From contig JAUFOR010000001.1 of the NCBI GenBank assembly GCA_040285745.1, positions 372,001 through 436,000 of the forward strand: a stretch of 64,000 bases of DNA, given 5' to 3'. The translations under genes were made by a program, and so were the position numbers. The stretch's first letter is position 1. Every line of letters begins with the position of its first letter. This stretch comes from Barthelona sp. PCE (lineage: Eukaryota). Of the stretch, positions 15,001-30,000 are shown piece by piece. Under the pieces are notes generated by a model. That model did not search any database and had not been told where the DNA came from. It was given only the letters and a program-made list of their open reading frames with translations.

Positions 15001-18000
15001 TCGAAGTTTTCAATACCACGTTCGAAAACTCCCATATGAGTAACGGAAGCAAGAAGGTTGGGTGAACCGAACCACATCTCGTTTTCATTATAAACGGGCT
15101 TTGTATCGAATGGAATATCAATAATTTGAACGTTATCAACAAAGAGATAGAAAGTAGTGTCCTTAAGCTCAACAACAATGCTATGAGAAACGTTATGCTC
15201 AATATAGTGGCACTCTGTGGGCTCGAGGAGACCAGCAGAACATCCACCGTCGTGAACTGTAACGTTTCCAGCATCATTAATGACTGAAAGAACAAATCTC
15301 GTGCCTAAAGCATCCTCAGTTGCATTGTAGAAATCAATCACGGTAAGGTTCCAACTGTCTGGAACACCGAAAAGAGGAATCTCAGTCTCAACCATAGAAA
15401 CTGTACGGTTCATATTGACCGCAAATGAGAAACCAGCAGGGAACCTGAGACTACGAGAGCCTTCCATGACAAGCTTAGCTCCATCAATTTCAAGACCATA
15501 GTCGCTGATAGAATACTCTCCAACGTCACCGATAGCTTGCATCCAATCAAACTGAGATGAACCACAGTAGGTGGCGTCAAACTGCTCGTGATAGTTTGTC
15601 TTTGTGAGGTTACCCATGTTACGGATGGACGCCTTGTTGTCATCTCTCAGCCAGTTAACATTACCAAGATAGGCAATAGCTTCGGCAGGGATGATCATAC
15701 TAGCACCGGACATACCGTGAAGGTTACCCTGGTACCAGGCGAGCTCATCGTAGAAAGAAATAGTACGTTCCTCAACCATTTTGTGGTAACTGCTTGTGAT
15801 GTTAGACGTGCCGTAACATGCTGTCGTACCAAGACCAGCAATAGTACCACCGATAAAGTCGAAACCATTAACAATCTTAAGGCTACCGAAACCACGCTGA
15901 ACAGTGTTGTCCTCTTGAAGAAGACGCTCAGTAATGATAAATGAATCAGAAACAGTGAGGATACCCTCTTCATAAAGGTGGTAACCCTTTGTCACTGTAA
16001 CAGAAGCACCGATAATTAATTCACCAGCCTTATGATCAACCTCTGGCAATACGAACGTGTCAGTATTGTTAGTCTCCTTAATAGAAGTTTCACCACCCTC
16101 AATAAAGAGAATGGAATCAGGGTTAGTCATAGCAAAACCAGTTGAGAACTGAATTACACCATCGACAACACGAATACCATTACCGTTATCGAACTCGAAT
16201 GCCGAGTCAGAAACAAGCTGGGTAAGACCATCAACTATGAATTCACCGCTGTTAACAGTAATGTTAGTGTTATCATACCACGTGTGGTAACCATCGATCA
16301 GATGCAGTACACCATCAGCCTCAACGTCAACAGTTGTATTCCAAACTGAGTCGCACGTGAGGTTGAGTTTACCTTGAGTAACTAAAATAGAACCGGAAGG
16401 ACGACTGTAGAAAGTGGGATAAAGCACCATCTGTGCGTCCATCTTATCAAGTTCAATCTTACCATAGTTCTGAATTTCAGAAGGCATACCTGTACCCATT
16501 GTGATGACAACATCTTCATTATCGTTAACAACATTCAACTCCGATCCCTCATCAATTATAATACGTGCATAATCCTCAAGAATGATCTCACCGGTGGTAA
16601 ACTCGGTGACATTACGTACTCTGAGGGTGGCACGGTTGAGAGTAATATTATCGACAACGTTAAGTTTACCCTCAAGATCAATGTTGAATGAACCAATACC
16701 TCCAAGTTCACCATCTGAGAAGGTAAACTTGTTGGAGACATCAACCTCACGTGAACATGCGAGAGAACCACCTGTAATCGATACTTCAATAAAGCTGTAG
16801 GCGTTACATTGAAGATCAATTATACCACCGTGAACATCAATCAACTTAATATCGAAATTCTTGGGTGGTGTCTTTGCGGTAACGTAGCCGTTAGCAAAAC
16901 CAAGAGTACCTTCACCACGGATATCCGTTCCGTCTTGCCACTCAAAGTAATCAGTGTCAAAATCAAGTACACATGAGTCAGAAACGTTCATGATACCACG
17001 GTTAAAACCTGAGGAACTAACAATAAGATTACCCTCTGTAACGTTAATAAGTCCAAAGTTACGCAGCTCACCAGAGAAACGAGCATCCTCGCTATTAACC
17101 TTCTCAATCTCACCATAGTTGACAGTATTGAGACCATAAATATCCTCAGTACTGTTCTGAGCATTGAGAGTGAACAATGTGTTATCGCTTAAAATGATAC
17201 TACCAGACGAAGCACTGTTATCCATAGATGAAATTCCACGCATAAATTCAACATTACCATTGACTTGGACAGTCATATCACCAAGACGAACATCGGAACC
17301 GTTGAAGATAAGGTCAGCAGAGCTGTCAATCACAATCTTACCATAACCAAACAGTTCAACTGTGTCAACCGAAGAGTTACCGAAAGTCTTCATTGTGTTA
17401 GGCACAGTAATTGTGGATGATGAATCCAAAGTACCTGCCTGGACACGAAGCTCCTTCATGACCTCCATTGATACACACTTATGACAAAGAACACCACCTG
17501 AAACCCAGAGTGAAGGCATGACGGTAAGATCATCGATAATAAGCTCACCACCAGAAATGGAAACAAAACCATCACCCTCGATTGTGCCACGATAGAAGAC
17601 TTCACCAGCAGATACGTCAATCGATGAGAAATCAAGATCGGCATCAGTTGTGTTGAGGAGACCCTCGCAAATAGCATACCAGCCACCTAATTCAATGACA
17701 GATAGTTGGGAATCGAACTGCGAGTTCTCAAGGAACGTGACAACGGAACCAGGTCCGAATGTCAGACTGGAACGCTGTAGAGAGTTACCCTTAATCAAAC
17801 CAGAAATATAAGAGTCGACACCTCTGATCTCCAGGTTACCGTCAATTAGGTGAAGCTCACCACTAAACATCTGCTTGAGAGCACCGTCTACTGAAAAGAC
17901 AACAGTACCATTACCATGCTTCTCTACAACACCACTGTTCAATAAGATGATGTTTGTGTCATAAATGTCTGTGGTATTCAAAATGAGAGTTCCGTGATTG

Positions 18001-21000
18001 TCAAACACCCAACCCGCTCCAGCCGATGGCATGGAGAAACCTGTCTCGGGAGTCATATAGAAAGTAGACTCTGAGTAAATTGATGCCGGAGTTGTGAACG
18101 TCCAGTCACCTTGTGACCACCTAGAAATCATAGAAGGATCAGTCAGTGAAATGAGACCGCTAGTAACAGTCTTGGCAAGTGCACCTCTGACAAGGAAGTT
18201 TGTAGATACGCTGATCAACGACTCCTTGTGAATATTAATTGCACCTGACTGGAGATAGAAGTTATCAATTGAAATGTCAGCCATACCAATGAGTGAACCA
18301 CCACCAATAAATTCGTCAAACTCCAAAGTCTTGAAGTGGGCGCCGTAGTAAATTTCAACGGATGAAGCCTGAATAATTAAGTGACTAAAGTACATATCGT
18401 CGTGCCCAATGTTGTTGATAAACATTGAACCACTGACTGCGTAAATCTGGAGATCATCACTGGAATCAGAATCAATCACGCAATGTTGGAACTCCACACT
18501 GCCTCCATCGAACTCAATAATACCAGATCCGTTCAATACACCGCCTCTCTTAATAAATGTAACTCCATCAAACACAGTGATAGAACCATTAAGAGATGTA
18601 ATGTAAGCACCTTCATCAGTGAAAGCACCGCCAATCCATGTACTGTTACCAGCAGTCATATTAAAGAACGAACCACTCTCAAGGAGTACTGTCTTAAATG
18701 TGATTGATGTGTGGTTAGTGTTATCAATGACAAGAGTACCACCTGCCTCAACAATAATGTCAATCTTTGTGTTGATGATTCGTGCCTCTTCTGAGTTAAC
18801 AATTTCCATAACAGCACCATCACGAATACGTATGACAGAGTAGGCCGTGCTTGAGAACGTATGATCACCTGAATTAAAAGTGAGCGTGCCGTACACATCC
18901 ATATTACCGTTGAACGTACAACCGGGCTCGTTAAGAGTAGCTGTTGCACCCTCGGTAATAATAAAGTTAGTGTATATAATGGTACCACCGTAAATATCAA
19001 GGAAATCAAGCACTTCAATCTGTCCTTTCCAAATTGAACTTGTTGTGATCGTACCACCATATGTTGTTGTTTGGTTGATGTGAAGGATCTCATGAAGCGT
19101 CAATTGGCCGCCTGTAATGTTAACACTACGAATATCAATGTCCCAGAAGTTCATGTTCAGCACACCTGTATCAATGACGACGTCACCCATTGACTTGAGA
19201 TTTGTCGTCTCTGATTCGCACCAGATATCTAGGATACCTGTTGTACAGTTGTTCATAACCATCGAACTGATCATATCAATCTGTGATGCTGATACAACTG
19301 AAGTACCATTAAAATCATAGTTGTTTTTGAAGTATGACCTGAATGCTGAATTAGTATTATGATGAAGAGTACCGTTACCATAAATATTGAATCCAAGACC
19401 AAATGCATATGAACGGATTTCAAGCGTGGCAAACTCATTGATCAAGAATGTACCGTCGATCAGAGTATATGCAGAACTACGAGCATTCGAACCTAAGCGC
19501 AAATGTCCTTCATCAACCTCAACCACACCATCCTCTAAAGTTTTAATATTGAATTGAATGACGAATGGAAGTGAACCATTCTTGACCAACATACCATAGA
19601 TATATAGAGCTGGTGTTGAAGCCGATCCATCATAACTGATAACTGAAGTCAAGTTAACATCAGTGGGATATATATTCAACAAACCAACGTCAGTCACTGC
19701 AAGATAAGAAGAAGTTGCAAAATAGAACTCACCATGGATCATATCCATAATACCGTAAATCTTGACATCACAATTGCTGCTCAGTGTAATCCTACCCTCT
19801 TCCGTGGAGTTATAGTCGATCAACATTTGTCCATAGACATTAAGATCGAAACCACAGTTAAGGTTGGAACCACCACGCACATCAAAGACACCGTCATCAG
19901 TAATGTTAAGAATACCGTTGCCGGACAACTGACCGTACATTAACAGATCGTTGAATGATGCTGTGGAGTATTGAATAACGAGGTTAGCACTGTTTGAAAG
20001 AATCTTGGTGGGAGCAATAAGTGTTGTGATAGCATCTACAACAAGACTCGATGAGTTATATGTAATGATGAACTGTTGACGAGCAAGATCAGACCAGTCA
20101 ACTCCGAAAGCTGCAACGATTGATCCACTGTCGTAGGCGATAACATCGGTACGCAAGTCAACATGGCCACTAAGTTTCAGAGTACCAGTGTTGTTTACGA
20201 ACACTAAACCATCACCTGTTAGGTTACCACCGTTGTGATAAAACGTCTTTTCTTGGACGTTGATTTCAGCACCGGCTGCGACTGTAATGTCACCAAAGTT
20301 AACCCAATCCATAATAAGCTCAATGGTTCCTTGGGCAACAGTGAGATTATTGTAGTTGGTTACGACACCCTCAATGATTGTAGAACCATCCAGGAGTAGC
20401 AAACCAAAGTTACGAATTGTACCATAGTCAGCGAGCGTTGTAATGATACGGTAATCGTGTCTTTCAGGTATTGTCCATGAAGCAGTATCTGCAATTTCAA
20501 TGACACCCAGCAATTGAAGGTCAATATTGCCCTCTGTCCACAAAACTTCATTCTTAACGTGAATGATAGACGCCTCGATTGTCTTGGTAAACTCAGTGTC
20601 TAACACAAGATCATTTTGGACAATAATTGAACCGGTTGACTGAATGAGACCCTCCTTAAAGGCAAAGTTATTCAAAACATCAATTGTTCCAGTAATCAGA
20701 ATTGTACCATTACTCAGTTCGAGGTCAGTATCAACAGTACAGTCAGCTTCTACGAAAAAGACGGCACTTTCGTGCGCAATGTTCATCATGGGAAGCGTAA
20801 GATCTGTTGAAACCTGGAGCATACCGTTACCAATCAAATGAACTTCGAAATCGGCATCATACTCCAGAATTCCTGCAATGAACAAGATAGATTGTGAATC
20901 GGCTGTGGAAGTCGTTGTCTTGAAGACAGACGTAGTCTCAAAGCGAAGGGTACTTGTGGTTGTATGTCTGAAGACATCACGCTGATGATTGAGCACAGCT

Positions 21001-24000
21001 CCTTCCATAAACAACATGTAACCAATGTTCTCGGCCTCACCTCGCATGAAGAGCGTGGCGTTACCGATTGTACCGTTGACAATAGTACTAGCTGTCATTG
21101 CGTTGATAAACTCCGTCTGAATAACAAAAGGCGACTCGATAATCAGACTGTTGTCGTTGTGAATAAGAATCTCCATCTCACAAATCTCGGATTCACAATC
21201 CTTGACTGTGAGGTTCTGATAATTTGTGAGCACTGGTCGATCCAGTACAGGAATTCCAGAATCCATTGCGAAAACTGAACCTTCAGTGAAGATCATTTCA
21301 GCTTCGTTGTCCAATGATGATTGTGTTTTGAAAAGAACAGAAGCGTTGATAACTTCAACAATACCCTCTAACACAAGTTTCTTTGTTTGAATAGATTTGG
21401 ATTCTTCACCAATAATACGAGTGAAAGCCTCGGATGTTAGACGACCAGCACCACGAATATCACCAGAAATCCATGTAAAGTTATTTCTAACATTGACATC
21501 AACTGAAGTATCAAGTGAACCAGCCGAAAGAATGAGCTCACCTACAGAACAGTAGAGAATACAAGCAAATGTACCACCCTCAACGTTAACAAGTGCTGTG
21601 GAGGTACCTGTAGGCCAGTAAGAAAATGAACCAGAATACAGGTCAATGGAAGGTCCGTTGATCTCACCAGCTAGCTCGAAAGCACCACCAGATATAATAA
21701 CAGAACCAGGTCCATCAAAAAGGGCACCCTCATACACAATGAATGATCCAACGGTGTAGTTATATGTTGAACAACTAGGTACGCTAATACCTGAGTAGAA
21801 TTCACCACCACCAAGGAAATCAATCTCGGAGCAACCAGCAAAAGTCATGGTTCCGTTGTTGGAAACAAAGAACTCAACGTCCAGTTTGATAGCTGCTGCA
21901 GAAGACATGTCACCTTGGTTGTTCAACGTACAGCTAGTGGATGAAATGAAGTTATACTTCTCATCCGCGGGTGCAGTTAAATCAATGTCCTTCATGTTGT
22001 AAATCAATCCACTGTCTTCACATGTGATGTTGGCAGATGCAATGGTAAGGGTACCCTTGTTCACAAACTGACGTTCGCTAATGGTTACCTCACCACTAAT
22101 ACTGTGAGCAAAGTCATCCAACACGGTTGAACCCGTGCCACGCATTTCACCGCCAGTCCACGTTAGCGCATCAATCTTAACGAGAGATGTACCTGTGATG
22201 ATACCACCATTGAGGTTCATCATAACAAAATGAACCTCCTTCGAGACGATCAGCTGGCCAGAGACCAACGTGATTGAGTTGAAACCTACAACGGGATTAG
22301 TGAGCGCGAAAATGAGATCACCATCACCCAAACTAACATCACCGCTGAACGGCATCGTTCCTGAAACCGTTGTTGAACCCTTGGCAAAATCAATTACACC
22401 AGAACCGTCAATGACACCGAACATGTCTCTTACGGCGGTGGTTTCACCAAGAACAAGAATACCATCAACAATATAATTAATATCATTAATAAAAGTACCG
22501 TCTAAACGGAGTTTACCATCATCAATGTTGATTTGACCAGATCCTGTGATCTCAGTTTCAATAATTGTCTCGTATGTGGCATCTATCTTCTGCATACCAC
22601 CGTTCACAATGATCTCTGCATCGAACCCTGAAATTAAAACATCCTCAGTTTGATCAAACACAAGCTTACCATCCGCACTTACAATGAGCACAGCAACTGA
22701 AGTTAGTGTCAGGTTACCCTTAATGAACTTCAGATCTGAGTGTACAATAAGAGTAGAATCAAGCACTGATGCGATCTCCACAGAGTCATGCTTGGCAACA
22801 AACCCGTTCTCCAATATGACAGAACCTTCGCCTGTGATCTCACCTGCAGCCCAATCGAAGCTGTTGATGGAAACCAAACCACCATTATCAAGACGTGAGT
22901 TATATCCTGACATGTCAAATGCTGAGGTTGTAAGAGAGGCATTACGCTCAAGAGTTAGAGAACCATTGATAATTGTAATAGAACCGATCGTATTAACAGC
23001 ATGAATGGCAACACCAAATGAGAATGTAGTCACTCCAGAAGTGTTCTGGATAACCATATCACCCTCGAATTCAAAAGTTCCGTCAAAACGTCCATAACCC
23101 ATCTGGTCAACAGTGAAGCCACCGTCACCAGAAAGAGTAGAGCCGGATACGAACATGAGCATCTGTGCATCATCTGTTGCGTTGAAAACAACAGTTGCAG
23201 ATGATCCAACGTCAACAGTACCGGTAAAACGCGAGTTGCGCTTATATTCGGCAATAGCTGAACCGCTCAGTGAGACGGATGAATCATCTTGTACCTGACA
23301 ATCAAACTGAACATCGCCTAAAATGTTTACGTTATCATACAAGTACACATAGTGACTGCTGGAACCGTCAGTGTGGAATGTGACAGGGTTACTTGAAGCA
23401 AACAGTACTGTCTCATGAAGATGTAAAGCAGCATCATTGTTGAGAGTTATTCCGCAATTATTAATAATGTATGAGACATCAGTAATGTGTACACTAACAG
23501 AATCCAGCGTGATATCACCATCTTCAATATCAACACCACCTAAAAGGTAAACCTCACCAACACCAGTAATAGAACCAGAGTTCAATGTAGTGGATGTGGT
23601 GATGTTAAAGAGATAGTCAGAATCAGCCTTGAGAGTACCACCATTGAGATGGATACTCTTGATGACACATGATGAAACACCGTTGCAATAAAGCGTGGAA
23701 TCAGCACCAAGTTCAAATGACATGTCTTCAGTATCAGTATCATTGATGTGCAAAGTAGCAGGAACATCGGGTGCAAACACAACAGTGTTCGTAAGGATGC
23801 CACCGGAAACAGTTACATCATCAAATACACCATAACCACCAGCCAATATGAAGGCACCAGGACCAGAAATGGAACTGTCATAGAAGTTTGTAAAGCGAGT
23901 TGCTTCTGAGTTGTTGTAACCAATCTTACCATCAACGGCAACATTGAAAGTACTTAATACAATATCAGCATAATCAAAGAGCAGACCACCCTTCGTTACT

Positions 24001-27000
24001 GTAGCCGTAACACCATTCATACGCACTCTCAAAGTCTTGAGATACATGTTGATGTCTGCGGCATCGTTGTTCACAACAAACGTAACAGTAGGATCCATTG
24101 TAAGCTCGGGGATATGAGAACTAGTCTCAATACCACAAGCTTCAGAACACTCTGCGCTGATAGACGTCTTCACATGGATGAAATCATTAGAAGATACTGA
24201 AGTGTCCATTCCGTGAGTATATGAATAAAAACCGCGAATAAACTTAAGGTTATCAACTATAAACTCAATTCTCTCAGTCTGTCCTGAACCGCTAAAGACC
24301 GGATCAACATCGATCTCAAGTGTCGTGGCAACAATTTTAACATAAGCAATACCAGCATGGTTGGTAATCTCCTTAAACTCACCGCCAGCCAGAATAAGAT
24401 GGTTAAAATTCATGCTTATCTGAGCAGTTGTAATGTATCCCTTCATGAGGCGAACAGTACCAGGAATAAGTGGTGAGTCACCAGCAGAACCAAGACCGAG
24501 AACATGAACAATTGTGTTGTTAATCATGAGTTCTGTGCCTGATGTTACAAATGAGTCCATACCCCACATACGTAATGTGGATACACGAGACTCGAAAACA
24601 ACAGAACCTGTCAGTGATGCTGAGGAGTAGATAAGAGCAAGAGAACCGTCAACAACAATTCTACCTGTTCCTGTAATAGCACCGTGGAATTGATGGTTGT
24701 TTGAAGTGCCTTCAACATAGAAAACAACGTTATCACCAAGATCGACAGTACCATGAACTTCGACCGCGTCTGTAACGAGCAAATTGCAATCATCATCGAT
24801 GGTTAAAGTTCCGTCAGTGGGAACGACAATGGAATTGATTGTGTTGTTTGTACCCGTCACACTAACAGTCTTAACTGCAATGGACTCACGTGCACTTAAA
24901 GATGATATGAGAACGTCACTCTGAATTACTAAAGTACCGTTACCAGTGATCATCTGCTCACGATCAGAGTTGATGTACACCTGGTCAATTGTGAGCGTAG
25001 CGCCCAATGAAATGTGGATGTAAGCAAATGTGAATGTGAAGTCATCCAGACCACCATCGATTACACCTGCAGCACCTGTCTCAAGAACAATTCGGCCAGG
25101 AGCACCAGATATGATACCTCCTTCCCATGTGAATGAGTTACTCACATGTATTGTTGAACGAGTCAGCGTAAATGCTGAACGAACAGTTAGATCTTCAACA
25201 TAAATATTGACATCCTTCAACTCTACGCTTCCTGCACCATCAATGATAAGACCCTTCATTGAATGGTTATCATCGATATGACACACTGCAGCAGGATCTG
25301 TCATTGTGATGGTGACAACATCACCATCAGTTGGGAATCCGTTGGGTGAGAAAGTAGTTGAATCATCGAAGAAATCTACAGTAACAGCCGAAGAGAAAGT
25401 TCGAGGAACGTTTGCTTCTGTTGATGACGCACAAGTACCGCCATAGAAACCGGGCTCACAAAGACAAGCTCCGTTGAGACAGCGCGCATTGTTAGTACAT
25501 GAACCGCCGCATGTGTCAGCAACGGAACAATCAGGACCTGTGAACCCACCGTCACACGTACAAACACCTGAAGAACAAGCTCCATTACCCGAACAATCAA
25601 GAGGGCATTCGTATATGTTAAAGAGAACATCAGAGCCTGACATAATTGGAGTGATAGTGATACCACCAACAACAGCAGGTGTGATCTCAATATTATAGTG
25701 GGGTGAGATAGAGGAAGACGAATCGAGGAACTTGTACTGTCCCTCAACAAGTGCTCCAGCGGTATTGGTGATCTTTAGCGTACCCAAAAATTGCATAGCG
25801 CCAATAGACGCAATATAAAAATCATTGATGGATCTTGTTTGATCAAATACACCCTCTAACACAGCTGATGAATCACCAATGAGAGCGCCTCCCATACGTG
25901 TTAACATCTTTGTTAACTTAACATAACCGCCGTAGATATGCGTCTTTGTGGTACTGATACCATAATCAAGTGTGGCTTGACCATAGATGTACATATTGGT
26001 GGCAGTCAAGTAAGTAGCAGCAGAAGACTGATCAACACTGCCATAAACAATTAATTCAGTTATTGTTGGTGATCCGGCAGAGTGTGTGAGTAAACCATTC
26101 ACTATGAACCTACGTGCACTAATACTACCTGTGATATCCACAGTTGTTCCGCTGTGGAACACCCAACTGTAGTTTGGATCACTACCTGAGTCCCACTGAG
26201 AACCAGCATTCAAAGAGTGTGGTCCAGGAGCAGAAATCTCAAGATTACAAGGTGCCTGATAACAGCGAACATTACTGTTCATTGTGAACGTACCACCGTT
26301 AATAAAGAAATCAGTGATGTAAAGGTAGAAGTAATCGGCACTAATCGTCAGATCATTGTTAAAGATCCAAGCACCAGGTCCGTTAAAGTACATAATGTTC
26401 GAAGGAGCAAGTACAAAGTCTAATGTCAAAGTTCCGTTAAAGACATAATGTCTACCGTATGGCATAATATTTGTGGATGCACTGCCTAACGATGAGTGAC
26501 CGAATGAGCGAATACCATAATAATATGAACTGTGATAACCACTATAATAGCTAATACTGGACATAAAGTTAACATCCGAATCAAACAAGATTATGTGTGA
26601 GTGGAATCCTGTTGGTGTACGGAAACGCAAATCATGATTAAATGTACAACCAGCACAATCCTTAAACGCAATAGCGTGATCATAAACTTCCCAAGGTGTC
26701 GTAGCCGTGAATGAAAAGCCTGATGTTAACCAAGTATAACCCTGATTGTTCATAATTATGTTTCTAGTACCAAAATCAAATGAACCACTTGATGGTCTAG
26801 GACGCATTGTGTTGGATGAAGAAAAGTAAATGTACTTAGAAGTAGTTGCATCTAACGTCATATTAATGAGACCTTCATTCAATACTTGAAGATAGAAGTA
26901 ATAGTTAGTTGTGGTTGATCCCCCAACATTATCAACCATTTGACCGCCAACTTCAATGTGAAGATACCCATCATTAAACAAATGTTTAGGAAGTGTTCCA

Positions 27001-30000
27001 GTTCTAAAGTAGTGACTGGAAGAGCTGGAGAACTCAAGACTCAGTGTAACACCAGTCTTGACACGAACAAATGAGTTTCCTCTGATGTAAGTTTCACCAT
27101 GCACGTATGTCGAATCACTATTGAGCACAAGACCCTGGTTATCGATGTAGCGTGTTGTTGTTGTAAACACAACACCACCATCAGCAGTAACAAGACCATC
27201 ACCCAGCAAGTAACCGCCAGCAAATGTGAATAAGCCATCCATAACGAGATTTGTATGTTCATCGTGGATGTGAAGGTTACCCTTCATGATTAAACCAGGG
27301 AAATGTACCTCACGAGCACCTGGGAGTGTTGTAATGTGTAAGTTTCTGCCACTCTCTAATTGCCAAATGAAGCCATTAAACCTAGAACCCGGGTTCAAGT
27401 GCAAATGTCCACCACTTGAAATCTGTGGATAACCACGAACAAGTGAGTTAGTCAAGTAAGCGTTCTTTGTGTTTGCAACATCTATAATACAATTGAAAAT
27501 AACATCAAGGAACCAAGTATCCTCCATGACATAGATCTTCAGACCAGAGGCATCAAAGTACACATCATAAACTGTTGTTCTGTATGAAGCAGGCGTGTAG
27601 AAGTATATTGAACCACCATCACGAATCATGACCTTCGTTCTATTGATCATCAGCTCGTGATAGAAGTGGAGAGGACCATTCTGAATAAACAGACCACCAC
27701 CACCAACCGAACGTGAATGATCAATGAAGGGAATGCGGATGACAGAACCTGACGCCGACCATTTGATATATGTACCGTAGTTGACAAACTCAGGAACAAA
27801 ATCTGTGCTCTGGGTGTTCAGCGTGTATGATGTTCTATCCATAAACAAGTTATAGTTGTTAAATGTGATAGAACGGTCGTGATCGCAGTCAAACATGATG
27901 TTACCCTCCTTCCACTCAAACTCACCGTAGTTTTCAAAACTAAAGTATCCCTTGAAGTAGTGAACATTGGACGACTCGATCGAGAAATCAAGCTCAGGAA
28001 GTGTAATCTTTCCTCCCTCAGATCCATGAAGCGTACCTGAAATGAAACGGGAGTGACGACCAAGAACCAGATGGTTTGAGAAATGGACAGTGCATGAAGT
28101 AAGAATCAACTTCATTCTGATTTCCACATCATAGAAGTCGACGGAACCTGAAGAACAGTCGAGGATGCTGAAGAAAGGCACTGTATCATCAATCTTTGTG
28201 CGTTCGATGAACTCTAGTTGCTCCCTGTCATCAGTCTGATAGTTTGGTGGGAAGTGAATGCTTGCACCACTTAAAACTGAAAGTTTCGAATCCCCAGTGA
28301 GATTATATGAACCATACATGTAGTACGTCGCACTGTGGAAATCAATCAAACCAGTACCGTTCAATGACGATTCGGGTTTGAACGTAAAGTGTTGGTATCC
28401 GACAGGAGCTCTGTGACTTGATTGTAAATAAAGGCGAGAGTAATCACCAAGATAAATCATGCCAGAAGATACACCTGTATGGTAGAGATAAAGATATGAC
28501 TCTGCTCCACCTGCTGAACCGTATACATATACACTACCACGATTATCGAAGGGAACCTCGAAAGAAGCGTGATAGTGCACATAAACTTTAGTAATGTTAC
28601 CGGTAGGCATGTTGATGATCTTTGAGCACAAAGGATCTGAACCACCACCATTATAAATATTAATGTAATACGTCAAGTACATTGTACCATAATTATGAAT
28701 CTCAGTACAATACAAATATGTCTGAGGAGAACCGTATGTGGTCATTTCACCATCAATAACAAGATTGAAGTGACCAAAATGCTGGTAATCATCTCTAAAA
28801 TCAATTTGAGCGTCGGGAGCAATCACAAGCTCGGGAGCAATACGAAGATTACGGTTTTTATCATAATTAATATATGTGTTTGCCATCTTAAGCTGTACTA
28901 AGAAGGTTGCTCTGTTATTGAAACGCAGTTCACCATAACTACTAATATACATGCGTCCAATATAAAAATCATTGTTATACACGTCCAAATTACCACCAAC
29001 AATATCAATGTAACCAAACTCCGGGTTGACAATTGACATTTGCCTGTAGTTACTGATACTCTGGTCAAGGATAGCTTCAGCATCAGAACCATACAAGTGA
29101 AGGTTAGCTGATGAGTGGACATGGACTCGAACCTGAGTCTCATTGTAGAATGTTATCTCTGCAGAGACATGAACAGTTGTTTGACAGTAAATATAACCAC
29201 TGATGTGGAATTCTGATCCAGGGTGGAACGTGGTCGGTTGATACATGTCGAATCTAGAAACCTTGCTCACGTTAACCAAACCATGGAAATGGTGAGGCTC
29301 AGTTTGCAAGTACGTGTGACCAGTATTGATATCATGCCATTCACCACCTTCATGGACAGTCATAGAACCATAAAACTGAGTGTAACCAGTTGTGTCACGG
29401 ATGAATTTACCGTAAATCTGGACACCTCCTGAGTTGGAAGTGTACATATTATGGTTAGCAGGTGACCTATCTGTTACTGAACCTGTTGTATTAACAACAA
29501 ATTTGGCAAAGTTTTGAACATAAATATGTCCACCATTCCAGTCACAATCTCCATTAATCATAACTTCAATTCCCTCCTGAATGTAGTGTGTACCACGCAT
29601 AGTACAACTGTCTGCAACGTCAAGAATAACGAGACCGTCACCCTTAATGTAACCACCACTGATATCAAACTCTTTGTGAACACGAAGAACAGCACCTTTT
29701 TCAACAACAAGGTTACCCGAACTGATGATGAGGTCGTTAGTCTCAATTGACTCTGTGATAACCAGGTTACCACTTGAGCCAGTTACACCAAGAGATCCGA
29801 ATACAGCAGCAAGTTTACGCAAACGTAATTCACCTGCTGAAACAATAAGAGCAAAATCTGAATTTGAAAATGAAACGTCAGCGGATGAATCCATAACCAG
29901 ATTACCTCCAGCAACACGAAGATCACCGTCAATACTAACCTCGTTACCAAACATCAAATGACCGCTATTCAGCTCAAACACACTGTTAGCATCGGAATCA

